Of a stretch of DNA of 64,000 nt, positions 26,280-40,414 are shown one piece after another. The stretch comes from Octopus vulgaris (lineage: Eukaryota), in assembly GCA_951406725.2 (NCBI GenBank), contig OX597821.1, positions 84,134,001 to 84,198,000 on the forward strand, written 5' to 3'. Below the pieces are notes generated by a model, which was given only the letters and a program-made list of their open reading frames with translations, was not told the origin of the DNA and did not search any database. Every line of letters begins with the position of its first letter. The first letter of the stretch is position 1. The position numbers were made by a program, and so were the translations under genes.

Positions 26280-26930
26280 ATGCAGGTGTGATAAGCCTAT
26301 TTGCACAGCGTCTGGCAGTCAGTTGGGTTTTATTTCTTGCCTTTCTGAGTTCTTCGAGTATCTTTGTAGAAGACTCACTCTTGTATTGTATCAGAGCTGC
26401 ACGCTTTGCTTCGATAACTGTTTCCAGCTCTGAGAGCTCAGCACTGAACAAAATCTGGGTTTTGCCTTTCTCTCATGCCGAAAGTATCAATAGATGTGGT
26501 ATACAAAACTTCCCTAATATAATTCCACCTACTTTCAGCAGAGGAGGTTGGGCAGCTACTGAGGGCAACCTTGATAGAAACAGCAAAACATTGTCGCAGT
26601 GTCGGGTCCGAGGTTCTGCCAGTGTTAATGCGTGGTCGGCCCATTTTCTTGGAGTGATGGACATTTTTAGGCAGAATCCTCACCCTGCTTCTTATTAGTG
26701 AATGATCTGTGTCACAATCCACGCTGTGGTAACTACGGGTCAGTTGAGCAGAATTCAGAAAGGATCTTCGTGTAATGATGAGATCCAGCTGATGCCAGTG
26801 GTGAGATCTTGGATGTCTCCAAGATGCCTTGTGGGATGTCTTGTTGGCAAAGATTGTGTTGGTGATGCACAGGTTATGGTATGTGCAAAATTCAAGTAGT
26901 CTCTGACCATTGTCATTCTTATTGCCAATA
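26280..26930 (-). pseudogene. RTE-clade LINE fragment, AP-endonuclease C-terminal part and linker
   Basis: NDNGQRLLEFC..HNLCITNTIF...SWRHPRSHHWHQLDLII...DCDTDHSLI. Confidence 0.9.
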
Positions 26931-26997
26931 CACATATACTTACATATATACATGCATATATATACGATTGATTTGTTTCAGTTCCTGTCCACGAAAT

Positions 26998-27060
<63 letters not shown>

Positions 27061-27124
27061 GATAAATTGATAGATACAACTGAGTGGGCAAACAAAAATA
27101 TGAGACATATACATCCATATACAT

Positions 27125-27365
27125 ACAATAGAGAGATGCTTTTATTTCACTTTTAACACGTAATACTGAAATAGTGGAGAAGATGTGATATTGCTGTGGG
27201 TTCGCCCTAGGCAAGAAGTTAACCATTTTTTTTGCCCATGACACTACATGGACCCTAAATAGGTCATGTGTAAAATTGGAATGAAATTGGTTGTGTAGTT
27301 CTCAAGTTTTAGGGATTCACACAGACAGACAGACACACACACACATTCTCAGTTTTATATATATA
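27125..27365 (-). mobile_element. Helitron 5' segment, tandem partial copy
   Basis: Near-identical to 28135-28394 and abuts the CTAG end of that element. Confidence 0.75.
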
Positions 27366-28394
27366 CTAGCATTATGACCCGTCGTTGCCGGGTCATAGTG
27401 TTAGTGCATGTATATATGTGTATATATATATATATATATGTGTACATATAACATTTACATCTATATATATATACATCTTCACATAAAATACAAAATACAA
27501 AGTTATATCTTGATATCGCTAGTGATAACAATACTCAAAATATATAACAGACTGGAATTGTTAGCCCGTCTCTTGCAATTTCGATCAATTGTGTCTTGTC
27601 CTCAACTTCTCGGGGTGAGGTCGGGGAGCATTTTAAATTTTTATCCGGCACGTCCTACGTCCCAGATATAAAGGTAAAAATAAAATATTTCCACTTTGCA
27701 AGTTCGAGTCGAGTACTCCCTTGCACACTCCGTTGACTCGAACCTTGCTTCTATTGTGGCGAATTTACCGTCTCTGGTTAGATATCTTTCATAGTCGCAC
27801 CAAGACACTTTTCGAAGGTGCTTTCCTCCAGGTGTTCAAATCTTTTTTCTCTACATTGTATACTTTATAGACAATAGTCTTTTCTTTAATTTAATTTTTT
27901 ATTATCCATCTGGACTATTCCATTTCTGCACGCTAATTTTATTTTTAATTTATTCCCATTCATGAGAAACCACTTATTCAAGTTCAAGTCATTGATACAA
28001 TTTTATACCAATTTCTATTTTTACTTTTGTTATGTTACGATTATATTATACTTTAGTTTGATTTTAATTATTACTTACTACATATTCAATTGTTATTATT
28101 ATTTTTATTGTTAAATGGAAAGTCTCTGACATAAAATAGAGAAATGTTTTTGTTTCACTTTTAACACGTAATACTGAAATAGTGGAGAAGAATGATATTG
28201 CTATGGGCTCGCTCTAGGCAGGAAGTTGAACATTTTTTTGCCCATGAAACTACATGGACCCTAAGTAAGGCATGTGTAAAATTTGAATGAAATTGGTTGT
28301 GTAGTTACTCAAGTTTTAGGGAAACACACAGACAGACAGACAGACACATAGACACACATTCTCAGTTTTATATGTATATATATATATATATAGA
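27366..28394 (-). mobile_element. Non-autonomous Helitron
   Basis: Minus strand: A|TC-tatatata 5' end, 3' hairpin atgacccg...cgggtcat, then CTAG|T. Confidence 0.8.
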
Positions 28395-28431
28395 TATAGA
28401 TATGTGTGTGTGTGAGTGTGCGTGTGTGTGT

Positions 28432-28680
28432 GGAGGCGCGTGGCTTAGTGGTTAGGGTGTCAGCATCATGATCGTAAGATTATGGTTTCGATTCCTGGAC
28501 CGGGCGACGCGTTGTGTTATTGAGCAAAACACTTCATTTCACGTTGCTCCAGTCCACTCAGCTAGCAAAAATGAGTAACGCTGCAATGGACTGGCGTCCC
28601 GTCCAGTGGGGGAACACATACGCCATAGAAACCGGGTCCATGAGCCTGGGTAGGCTTTAAAAGGGCGCATTTATTTTATT
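28432..28680 (+). mobile_element. SINE family C variant
   Basis: ggaggcgcgtggcttagtggttagggtgtcagc...ggtttcgattcctggacc; CORE-like ttgagcaaaacacttcatttc. Confidence 0.85.
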
Positions 28681-28965
28681 ATATATATATAATTATTGAT
28701 TTAATATATAAATTGCTTTTTTCTACGCTGACTACCTGATAATTATCATTAACGTGATTTTTATCCTTATTTTGTGAGTATATATATATATACATATATA
28801 CATGGAACAAAAACGCAATAGAGGGCATTAAAATGTTCAGACAGACGACACAAAGGCGGACAAGAGAAACAACAATTAGAAGGACGGGCAAAAAAAGACG
28901 GGTCATTCTTGGCTTTCTTTCTTCAGTCAAGTACTAGAAGTCACGACCATTTCGGACAGTTACAC

Positions 28966-29070
<105 letters not shown>

Positions 29071-29344
29071 TAGTGGCGAAACATGGCACCAATGTTTGCT
29101 GGAAATAGCAGTTGATAACCGTACGACACTTTGTAAAGCTTCAATGAATGTATAGAGGCAAAGATGTGTGCGAGCTACTAACATAAAATATTTTTTGTCT
29201 TACTCCTAGGAAGAACGTCACAGAAATGGATAACCTAATACTCGAGTTTCAGGCTTTCTAGAATACGTTTGTTATCGTAAATCTGGTTAGTCTTCAGCTA
29301 GGTTGACCTAAGACGAAATTTAAAATATCCGCCTGTATATTCGG

Positions 29345-29426
<82 letters not shown>

Positions 29427-29444
29427 CGGCATATATATATATAT

Positions 29445-29518
<74 letters not shown>

Positions 29519-29519
29519 T

Positions 29520-29585
<66 letters not shown>

Positions 29586-29586
<1 letters not shown>

Positions 29587-29994
29587 CTCTTTTACTCTTT
29601 TACTTGTTTCAGTCATTTGACTGCGGCCATGCTGGAGCACCGCCTTTAATCGAGCAACTCGACCCTGGGACTTATTCTTTTGTAAGCCCAGTACTTATTC
29701 TATCGGTTTCTTTTGCCGAACCGCTAAGCAACGGGGACATAAACACACCAGCATCGGTTGTCAAGCAATGCTAGGGGGACAAACACAGAAACACAAACAC
29801 ACACACGCATATATACATATACATATATACGACGGTCTTCTTTCAGTTTCCGTCTACCAAATCCACTCACAAGGCTTTGGTCGGCCCGAGGCTATAGTAG
29901 AAGACACTTGCCCAAGGTGCCACGCAGTGGGACTGAACCCGGAACCATGTGGCTGGTAAACAAGCTACTTACCACACAGCCACTCCTGCGCCTA
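29586..29994 (-). mobile_element. SINE family A (full length)
   Basis: Reverse complement of 3660-4070. Confidence 0.92.
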
Positions 29995-30539
29995 TATAAT
30001 ATATATATTTGGCATATATATGTGTGTATGTGTGTGTGCTTTTCCCCCATCACCGCTTGACAACTGGTCTTGGTGTGTTTACGTTCCCGTAACTGAGCGG
30101 TTCGTCAAAAGAGAGTTCGATACAATAAGTTCTAGGCTTAAAAAATAAGTCCTGGGTTCGATTTGTTCGACTACGACCGTTCAAGGCGGTGATCCAGCAT
30201 AACCGCAGTCAAATGACAGAAACAAGTAAAAGGCGAAAAAAAAAAGGGGGAAATAAAAGAATATAAATGTATGTGTGTGTTTGTGTCGTTCGACCATAAA
30301 CTTTGGCAAGGGAACTGAGAAAGAAAGTAAAAATAAATAACTGCGCTTTGCAATAGAATTGCTTTGTATTCTTTTCGCATCGATTTGTACAAATAATGCC
30401 TTGTTAGTCTTACACAATACAAGACGCAATGAATCTGATAAATTCGTTGGAAACCTGTCACCGCCATCGCAATTGTTCACAAAATGGCTGCTGCATATAA
30501 ATAACGGAAACATAAAACACGATTGCTTTTCTTTTATTG

Positions 30540-31010
30540 TTCTTTTTGTTTCAGCCATTCGACTGCGGCCATGCTGGAGCACCGCCTTGATATATGCGAT
30601 ATATGCGAACTTCTTTTCTTTTCTTTTTTTTTTTGCTTGTTTCAGGCGTTTGAATCCGGCCATGCTGGGGCATCGACTTGAAGAATTTTTAGTCGAATAA
30701 ATCGACGACAGTACTTTTTTTTTTTTTTTAGTCTGGTACTTATTCCATTGGTCTCTTTTTGTTGAACTGCTAAGTGGCGGGGACAAAAACACAGATAGAA
30801 AGACATACGCACACGCGCGCGCGCACACATACAGAAATACACACACACACACACACCGACTGGCTTCTTTCAGTCCATCAGCCAGATCTGCTGATAAGGC
30901 TTTGGTCGACCCGAAGCTATAGTAGAAGACACTTGCCCAAGGTACCACACAGTGGAACTGAACCGGAACCCTCTTTTTGGGAAGCAACTTCTTACCACAC
31001 AGCCATACCT
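30540..31010 (-). mobile_element. SINE family A with duplicated tail
   Basis: Two tail copies (30540-30590 and 30630-30680) followed by body and head. Confidence 0.82.
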
Positions 31011-31094
31011 GGTTAATTTTCAACAATGTCAATTAGGGAAAATAACTTTTTGACAAGCAGAAAGCCACTCTTCACCGTACCCCGCCCTGTCCGC

Positions 31095-31128
<34 letters not shown>

Positions 31129-31347
31129 AGACGCATGGCCTGATGGTTAGGGTGTTGCACTCAAGGTCGCAAGATCGTGGTTTCGATTCCCAGACCAGGC
31201 GGTGCGTTGTGAACTTCATTTCATATCGGCTGCGTGGCCAATATATAAATATATATATATAAGGATAAGGTCGTTAATTTAAAAATAGAATAACGATTTT
31301 ATCATGTGGTCAGCATGGAAAAATAACCTTCAAAGGTAATAATTATT

Positions 31348-31498
31348 AAAATTATAAATTAGGGTATCTCGTAGATACCACCATGCTGAAAATAGCAGCC
31401 ATGATCTGACTCTGATTTTATCAAGTGATAAAATCGTTATTAGAGTCAGATCATGGCTGCTATTTTCAGCATGGTGGTATCTCGTAGATACCCTAATT

Positions 31499-31507
<9 letters not shown>
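31348..31507. repeat. Long near-perfect inverted repeat, about 160 bp
   Basis: About 65-bp arms around an inner gattttatca/tgataaaatc hairpin; lies between (TA)n tracts. Confidence 0.93.
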
Positions 31508-31539
<32 letters not shown>

Positions 31540-31865
31540 GAATATATATATATACATACATACATGTGTGTGTGCATTTTTCACTGTGTACAAATAACAC
31601 GGAAAAAATAAATAGTTACCAGTGTAGCAAAAATTCACATAAGTGCCAAGTATGTTACAGCCTACCTATAAAGGTAGAAGTTCCAGGGTTTAGTGAAATG
31701 TTTTTGGATTACATAGATAAATTGATGCAAGTTATCTGACGAGATGATTGCATTGTTTCACATCATTTTATTCCCTCGGTAATAATACCAATGTTTTCTT
31801 CGAAATATATGTCGGAAGTATAAAGATTTGAAGAACATCTGTGTTTAACTCCATTTCTTAATCTA

Positions 31866-32243
<378 letters not shown>

Positions 32244-32501
32244 TTCATTTTAAACCACGAAACTTGTATGCAACCAACTACAGGCAAATACCGAAATGTA
32301 TTATAACCGAACTAAACGAAACCGAGGATACTGGGCGAAGTTCCCTTTGAAAAGTCACGTGACGAAACGTATCTACACCGAAGGATGCAGGTCAACCAGT
32401 TGTACAGTGTCTAACTCGTGAGGGACCGATGCAAGATGGGACGAAACGATCATTGTGATTAATAAAGAATCTCGTGAATTTCATTTTCTTTTATAGATTT
32501 A

Positions 32502-32905
32502 CTAGCAGTATCGCCCGGCGTTGCTCGGGTTTGTAAGGGAAATAACTATATAAGCATTTTTAGAGAGTTATAGCAAAAAAATAGCAAAAAATTGCATTAA
32601 AAATGGAAAAAAAAATAATGGTAAATTTTTTTTTAAATCGTTGACTCATTGTAGACATTTTTAGAGAGTTACTTCCCTTATTTAATAGCGAAAAAATGCA
32701 TTAAAATGGAAAAAAAATGATGGTAAATTTTTTTTTAAAATCATAGACTCATCGTAGACGCGCGCTAATACCCAGAAGGGCTCGATATGAATCACGACTA
32801 TAAGATACCCGGTTTTGGTTAAACTGCACCGCAAAATGTGGGAGTAGTTAGGAATTTAAATCGTAGGAGACAGACAGCACACAACCTCACTTTTATATAT
32901 AAAGA
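32502..32905 (-). mobile_element. Non-autonomous Helitron
   Basis: Minus strand: A|TC tttatatataaaa ... cccgagcaacgccgggcgatactg CTAG|T; internal direct duplication of about 130 bp. Confidence 0.85.
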
Positions 32906-33877
32906 TGTATATATTGATCATCTTCAAATCACATGAGCGGAATATGCTTTGCTAATGTGATCTAGCTAGATTGAAACATAGCGCTGCTTTCATCGGTTTG
33001 TTTTAAAGACCAAATCCACTCCAATAACATCGTCTTCATTCAGCAGCCACCTCCTAAGTTTCTCTTAGCTGAGATAACAGAAGTTATCCTGCTTGATTGC
33101 TGTTTTTAAATTTCAAACACGCCTCGAAAGAGGCTTTATCTATTAATTGCATAGATAATCAGAGTTAATCGAAGCTTTTCAACTCACCACATTCTACATC
33201 ACATATGTGAGACCAGACCTTATGGACAGTTAATTTTCTGCCGAGTTCTCGATATTCTCGCCAAACAGCCTCTGAGACAACAACTTGTTCAACTTAATAA
33301 ATGGAAATTTATTCTAGCAATCGATTGTTCTGCGACATAATAACCAGAGCTTCTAAGTTCTTTGATTCTGAAAGGAAAGCAAATGACATTACTTTCAAAG
33401 GCCGTCATATTTCTACATTTCCCCACATTTCTCTACATTTCTTCTTCCTTCTTTTATTTCCTTCATTTGTTTCCCCAACAATTTTACTTTTCCTATCTTT
33501 ATTCTTTCTTTTTTCTTCTCTCGTTCTTTTCCTTTCTATTCGTTCTTTCATCTGCTCTTTTTATCTTTCTTTTTCTTCTTCTTTTAAGCTATATTTTCTC
33601 TATCATTCTCACTTAATTTCACAACTATAAATTTAGCTTTCCTTTCTTTTCTTTTTCGATTTTCTTTCTGTCTTTCTTTCATCCCCCTTTCTTTCCTTCT
33701 TTCCTTCTTTCTTTCTTTCTTTCTTTCTTTCCATTTCGATCATTTTTCAAAGCAATGACTTCTTAAGACTATTACCTAATGAAACAAGAAACGAGGGAAA
33801 AAGTGAAAAATGCGCAAGATTAATGGCGATGATAATGGCTGCGTCAATTTCGACAAAGATAACGATGCTGCTGCTGC

Positions 33878-33914
<37 letters not shown>

Positions 33915-34229
33915 GAGGATGACGACGACGACGACCAACGCCCACGACCACGACCATGACGACTGCCATCACCACGACAACCACGACGACGTCGACGATG
34001 ACGACGACGATGATATCGATGAATGGTGGTGCTTAAGAAGTAGGTGGGATAATAGCTAATTAGAAATTGTGGTCGTGGGGTTGGATGGGAGGTTATTGTT
34101 CTTGTGGTTCGATTCCTATGTCTTTATGTACTGCAGGCAATGCTACTGGACGCAGGTGCGTGGAGGTACGTGGAAATCACATGTAGACAGATGGAGATAC
34201 GTTGCTATACAAACAGACACATGGAAGTT

Positions 34230-34760
34230 CCTGAAGACAGTAGCATAGCTAGATGGGAGTGCATGATGCAGTCTGCACCGGGCGGCGTTTTGGGAGAGCA
34301 ATGCTTTTTGGAGGCGGAACTTTTAGTCATGTTGTATAAGTCTGTATAGGGCTTGGGGTTACAGAAGGATAGCAAACTTAAGAACGGCCTTGGGTGGATG
34401 TAATGAAGCTAGATGCGGGTGCAAGATGCAGTCTGCACCGGGCGGCGTTTTGGGGGAGCAATGCTTTTTGGGGGCGGCACTTTTAGTTATGTTGTATAAG
34501 TCTGCACCGGGCGGCGCTTTTATTGGGTAGTCAATTTTGGCTATGCTGTATAATTCTATAATAGGGGCTGAAAGTACGGAAGGACAACAGACCAGGTACC
34601 GAGTGGCTGTTGCATAGCTTGATGCGGGTGCATGATGCAGTCATCCCCAGGCGGAGCTTTTATGGGGGCGGCACTTTTGGGTATGCTATATAAGTTTTTA
34701 TAGAGGTTGGGGGTACGGAGGGAGAGCAAACTTAAAGATGGCCCAGGTGACACACACACT
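34230..34760 (+). repeat. Diverged GC-rich tandem units, about 170 bp
   Basis: gatgcagtctgcaccgggcggcgttttggg...ggcggcacttttag.tatgttgtataag repeated 3-4 times. Confidence 0.75.
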
Positions 34761-34998
34761 TGAGCTACACAACTGTCTGAGGTACATGGAGGCAGAAGAA
34801 GATGTGTGCTGATCCATGTAGCTAGATTGAGGGGAACGTATACACATGACGATACATGGAAGTAAATGGAGTTATATTGGAGTACATGTACATAGAGTGC
34901 ATGGAGGTACCTCGAGATACATAGAGATCTATGGAAAAGTATGGTGATACATGTAGATCCATTGAAGTACGTGGAGATACATATAAATCGATAAAATA

Positions 34999-35555
34999 TT
35001 GGGTTGTCCGGAAAGTTCATACCGATTTTTAAAGGAAAGAAAAAGGTCAATAAATACTTGCTATTACATTTTTAATCAACCAAATACGAACCATTTTGTT
35101 GCACAGTGCGTCTCCATCTTTCCTTTAACTTGAAAATACTCTCTTCCCAGAATTGAGGTGGTTTCATGGCAAAGAATTCACCAAGGTATCTTTTTACGTC
35201 ATCCAAGGAATTGAAATTTTTTCCATTAAGACTATTCTGCAGAGACCTGAATAAGTGGAAATCCGAAGGAGCAATATCTGGTGAATATGGTGGGTGGGGT
35301 AACACATCCCAGCCGAGCTGCAGCAATTTTTGTCTGATTCCCAAAGCATCAAATGAACTTTCTTATCTTCCATTTTAAAGGGTTACAGAATTAACACAGG
35401 TTATAGGAACATAAACCTTCTTCGACGAAAAGATAGCTTAAACTGTGCTCTAAATGGAGGTGTAGTCAAATCCTATTTTATGGACTCAACCACGTTCTAA
35501 AATAAGTCGAAAGGTAAGCTGCTATAAAGCGGCACGAACTTTCCGGACAACCTTA
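34999..35555 (-). mobile_element. Internally deleted mariner element
   Basis: TA|ttgggttgtccggaaagttc ... gaactttccggacaacctta|TA; WDVLPHPPYSPDIAPSDFHLFRSL. Confidence 0.93.
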
Positions 35556-36304
35556 TACATGAAGATAAGTGGAGGTACGAGAGCCGTCGAAGAGTTCTTC
35601 GCTTGTTGTACTAGTGATACTATAGGAGATAGTACGGACAGAGCTACTAAGGCATTATATACCTACATAATGTGTGTGTGTGTGCACGTGTGTGTGCATG
35701 TGTGTGTGTGTGTATGTGTGTGTGCATGTGTGTGTGTGCATGTGTGTGTGTGCATATGTGTGTGTGTGCATGTGTGTGTGTGCATGTGTGTGTGTGTGTA
35801 TGTATTGCATGTATGTATAAATATTGGTTTCAGATTTTGGCCATAAGGCCAGTAATTTCGGGGAGGTGTGGATTAAGCTGATCACATCGGCCCCAGTGGT
35901 TCAACTGGTGCTTATTTTATCGATCCCGAAAGATGAAAGGCAACGTCGACCTCTGTGGGATTTGAACTCAAGACGAAAAGACGGACAAAATGCCGACATG
36001 TTCTTTCTTCCTTTTCAGTCTATAGAATAAGAACCACTGCTGCTGCTGCTGCTGCTACTGCAGGAAAATAATGCAATACCTCGCTAATAAGTTCTTTTAA
36101 GAAGTAGTCGGAAATCGATTTTATGATACCGGCAAGTAAAATGAAGTGTGTGTAGAGGTGAGGTTAATCTGAAATCCCTGCACTCGGTTATGGATTTAAC
36201 GCCCAGCAACGTAGTCTGTAGCAGTTTGTACTTGCTTATCTGCGGTACTCGGGAAACATTGGAGTGGTAAATCCTATTGTTCGTAATTCACGTCTACAAT
36301 TTTA

Positions 36305-36905
36305 GTTTCAAATATTGGCACAATGCCAGCTGTTTCGGGGATGGGGCGGGTAAGTCGATTATATCGACCCCAGTGCTCAACTGGTACTTATTTTATCGAC
36401 TCCGAGAGGATGAAAGGCAGAGTCAACCCTCTCGGCATGTGAACTCATAACGTAGAGATGGACGAAATGCCGCTTAGCATTTCGCCCGGCTTGCTAACTG
36501 TTCTTATTTCTTTATTGCCCACAAGGGGCTAAACATAAAGGGGACAAAGAAGGACAGACAAACGGATTAAGTCGATTACATCGACCCTAGTGTCTAACTG
36601 GTACTTAATTTATCGAACCTGAAAGGATGAAAGGCAAAGTCGACCTCAGCGGAATTTGAACTCAGAACGTAACGGCAGACGAAATACCTATTTCTTTACT
36701 ACCCATAAGGGGCTAAATACAGCGAGGACAAACAAGGACAGACAAACGGATTAAGTCGATTATATCGACCCCAGTATTCAACTGGTACTTATTTAATCGA
36801 CCCTGAAAGGATGAAAGGCAAATTTGAACTCAGAACGTAACGGCAGACGAAATACCACTAAGCATTTCGCCCGGCTCTCTAACGGTTCTGCTAGCTCGCT
36901 ACCTT
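36305..36905 (-). mobile_element. SINE family B cluster including a dimeric copy
   Basis: Repeated gatgaaaggcaaagtcgacc/gaactcagaacgt blocks. Confidence 0.85.
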
Positions 36906-37096
36906 AACGCTAGCTAATACTGAAGTCATGAATAAAGCGGCGAGCTGGCTGAATGGTTACCCCGAGGTCGACTTTTCCTTTCATCCTTTCGGAGTCGATA
37001 AAATATGTACCAGTTGAACACTGGAATCTATGTAATCGACTTAATCCCTACTTCTCCAAAATTGTTCGCCTTTGCCGAAATTGAAAATCAATATTA

Positions 37097-37545
37097 GGCG
37101 TAGGAGTGACTGTGTGGTAAGTAGCTTGCTTCCCAAACACATGGTTCCAGGTTCAGTCCCACTGCGTGGTACCTTGGGCAAGTGTCTTCAACTATAGCCT
37201 CAGGCCGACCAATGCCTTGTGAGTGGATTTGGTAGACAGAAACTGAAAGAAACACGTCGTATATATGTATATATATATATATGTATATATATATATGTAT
37301 ATATATGTGTGTATATATGTTTAGGTGTCTGTGTTTGTCCCCCCAATATCGCTTAACAACCGATGCTGGTGTGTTTACGTCCCCGTAACTTAACGGTTCG
37401 GCAAAAAGAGACCTATTAGAATAAGTACTAGCCTTACAACGAATAAGTCCTGGGGTCGATTTCTTCGACTAAATGCGGTGCTCCAGCAGGGCCACAGTCA
37501 CATGACTGAAACAAGTAAAAGAGTAAAGAGAGAGTTAAAGAGTAA
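37097..37545 (+). mobile_element. SINE family A (full length)
   Basis: Homology to 3660-4070. Confidence 0.92.
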
Positions 37546-38048
37546 CTTTAAGACGGTGAGCTGGTAGAATCGTTAGCGAGGCGGACGAAATGTTAACGGC
37601 ATTTCTTCTGGCGCTTAACATACTGGGTTCAAATTCCGACGGAATCGACTTTATTCCTCATCCTTTCGAAGCCGGATAAGCATCAGCTGAACATTCTTAT
37701 CCCTCCTCGAGAATTGCTAGCCTTATGCCAAAATTTCAAGCAGCTCGAAACAACTATTGGTTTCAAATGTTCACTCCAAGGTCAGCAATATCTGGAGAGG
37801 TAGTAAGTCGATTACATCGACCCCAGTGCTCTACTGGAACTTATTTTATGGACCCCGAAAGGAATGGAAAGCAAAGTCTACATCGTCGGGATTTGAACTC
37901 AGAACGGACAAAATGCTGCTAAGCATTTTGTTCGTTCTGAGTATATATATATATATACTCACAAAATAAGGATAAAAATCACGTCAATGATAATTATCAA
38001 GTAGTCAGCATGGAAAAAAGCAATTTATAGCCATTTATATATTGAATT

Positions 38049-38095
<47 letters not shown>

Positions 38096-38318
38096 CATAC
38101 ATACATACATACATACATACATACATACATACATACATACATACATACATACGACGGACTTCTTTCAGTTTCTGTCAACCAGTAGAATTGCCAAGGTTTT
38201 GGGTCGACCCAAGCCTTGTCTCAACGGAAAATGAGGAATCGTTCGATGGGATGTATTTGATACTCGAAAGATCAATCATGTATATGTCACGCTGGTTCCA
38301 CCTGGAAATTACGTGAAT

Positions 38319-38527
38319 CCTTTAGCCTTAAACCACTTGTATCTGGCCCAAATATTCTACTTGTTTTATGTTAAAACCCACCGGAGCATATCTACCCTAC
38401 AATGTAATTCTAAATTTAAACGATCTAATCATCAAAATCTCAAAGGTAGGAGATAATGCATGATTGATGAAAAACAATGTGAACGAATAAGCATGACATT
38501 TGACAGATTAATTTGAACTACTAAAGG
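38319..38527. mobile_element. piggyBac-like MITE inserted in a family C SINE
   Basis: Ends cctttag / ctaaagg|TTAA; the flanks rejoin to the SINE C segment ctacgTTAAgggtacacgtgtc. Confidence 0.55.
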
Positions 38528-39132
38528 TTAAAGGTCCGCGTGTCCGTCGAACACGCAACCACTTGTTATTTTTACTTGTCGGACGTTCAATTCATCGAAT
38601 CAAAAAAATACTTATCGTCGAAGCCGATGGTGGATCTATAAATTCATGACTGTAATATTAGCTACCGAAGCGTCTTTATTGGTTATTAGTGAAAATCAAA
38701 ACCGGATCCTGATAGAGCTTATCAAAGGATCATTCAAATCACTAAGATTTCATTTATTTGCAAAAACTAGCGATGGAGCCTTTGTCAAGCCTCTCCACTT
38801 GTTAGAAAAGTAGCCAACTCTCTTGGGAGAATTTAGTGAAATGCACTCGACTCGTGTCGGGTTCCCGATCTGGGAAGAACTTCTACCGCTCTCCACAGGA
38901 GTACTTGAGGTCCTTAAAAACAAATGCTAGCTGCCCATCCTCCTCTGACTAAGCCATGCAGTTCCACAAGAAAACTGACTGGGCCACTATTAAGATATAA
39001 AATGTTGATGACTCACGAGCAAGTTGAATCAAAGAGGCTATTATTTTCAGTAAATATTGAAAGTAAATCTTTCCTTTATGTATACATAAACATATAAATA
39101 CAGACATATGCATATATATGTATGTAGGTATG

Positions 39133-39173
<41 letters not shown>

Positions 39174-39176
39174 ATA

Positions 39177-39392
39177 CGAAAGGGTGCTGAAAAGTTCCTG
39201 GTTTTAGGGGTATCGCGAAAGGTCTGGTTGGGGTCCCAACTGTCCGAGTTCTTTCACGGGGCTTAGAAAAACTGCAGGACCGCAGCAATAGGAGTGAATC
39301 TGAGAGGGGAATATGTTGAATAAAAATCATAAATAACCGATCCTCCTGACTTTTCGTTTATCCAAGACAAGGAACTTTTCAGCACCCTCTCG
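39177..39392. mobile_element. mariner-derived MITE
   Basis: TA|cgaaagggtgctgaaaagttcct ... aggaacttttcagcaccctctcg|TA. Confidence 0.9.
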
Positions 39393-39410
39393 TATCTATC
39401 TATCTCTCTA

Positions 39411-39454
<44 letters not shown>

Positions 39455-39455
39455 C

Positions 39456-39810
<355 letters not shown>

Positions 39811-39865
39811 GCTTCAACACACGAACTCACATAAAGAATCTTGCAAACCAAATCCTAAAACGAAA

Positions 39866-39932
<67 letters not shown>

Positions 39933-40351
39933 CTTTTACTTATTTCACTCATTGGACAGCAGCCATGATAGGCCACCGCATTGAAGGGACTACTCGAACA
40001 AATCGCCCCCAGTACTTATTTTAAACCTTAATACTTAGACTATTGGTCTCTTTTACTGAACCACTAAGTTACCACAACGAAAAGAAACTATCTCCGATTC
40101 TCGGGCGGTTGGTAGGGGACAAGCACTAATAAAGAACCCTACACACGCCTTTTGGTGTTTTAATAATTTTTTTGTCTTATCTTATCATGTATTTATAATA
40201 TGTTATATATAAATAAATTGTTATAATGTCAATTGTATTTCTCTATTTAATTTATTGCTTGCAATTTGTATTTCTACCCCTATTTCTGCGGTATTCAACT
40301 GATGTATCAGCGAATTGGATGTTTTACACTCCATTGAAGGAATTTCTTCTA

Positions 40352-40414
<63 letters not shown>

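Noticed and set aside
34230-34760. Repeat-spacer appearance suggesting CRISPR
   Set aside because: Units are long and degenerate, the spacers are homologous to each other, there are no cas genes, and the context is eukaryotic.
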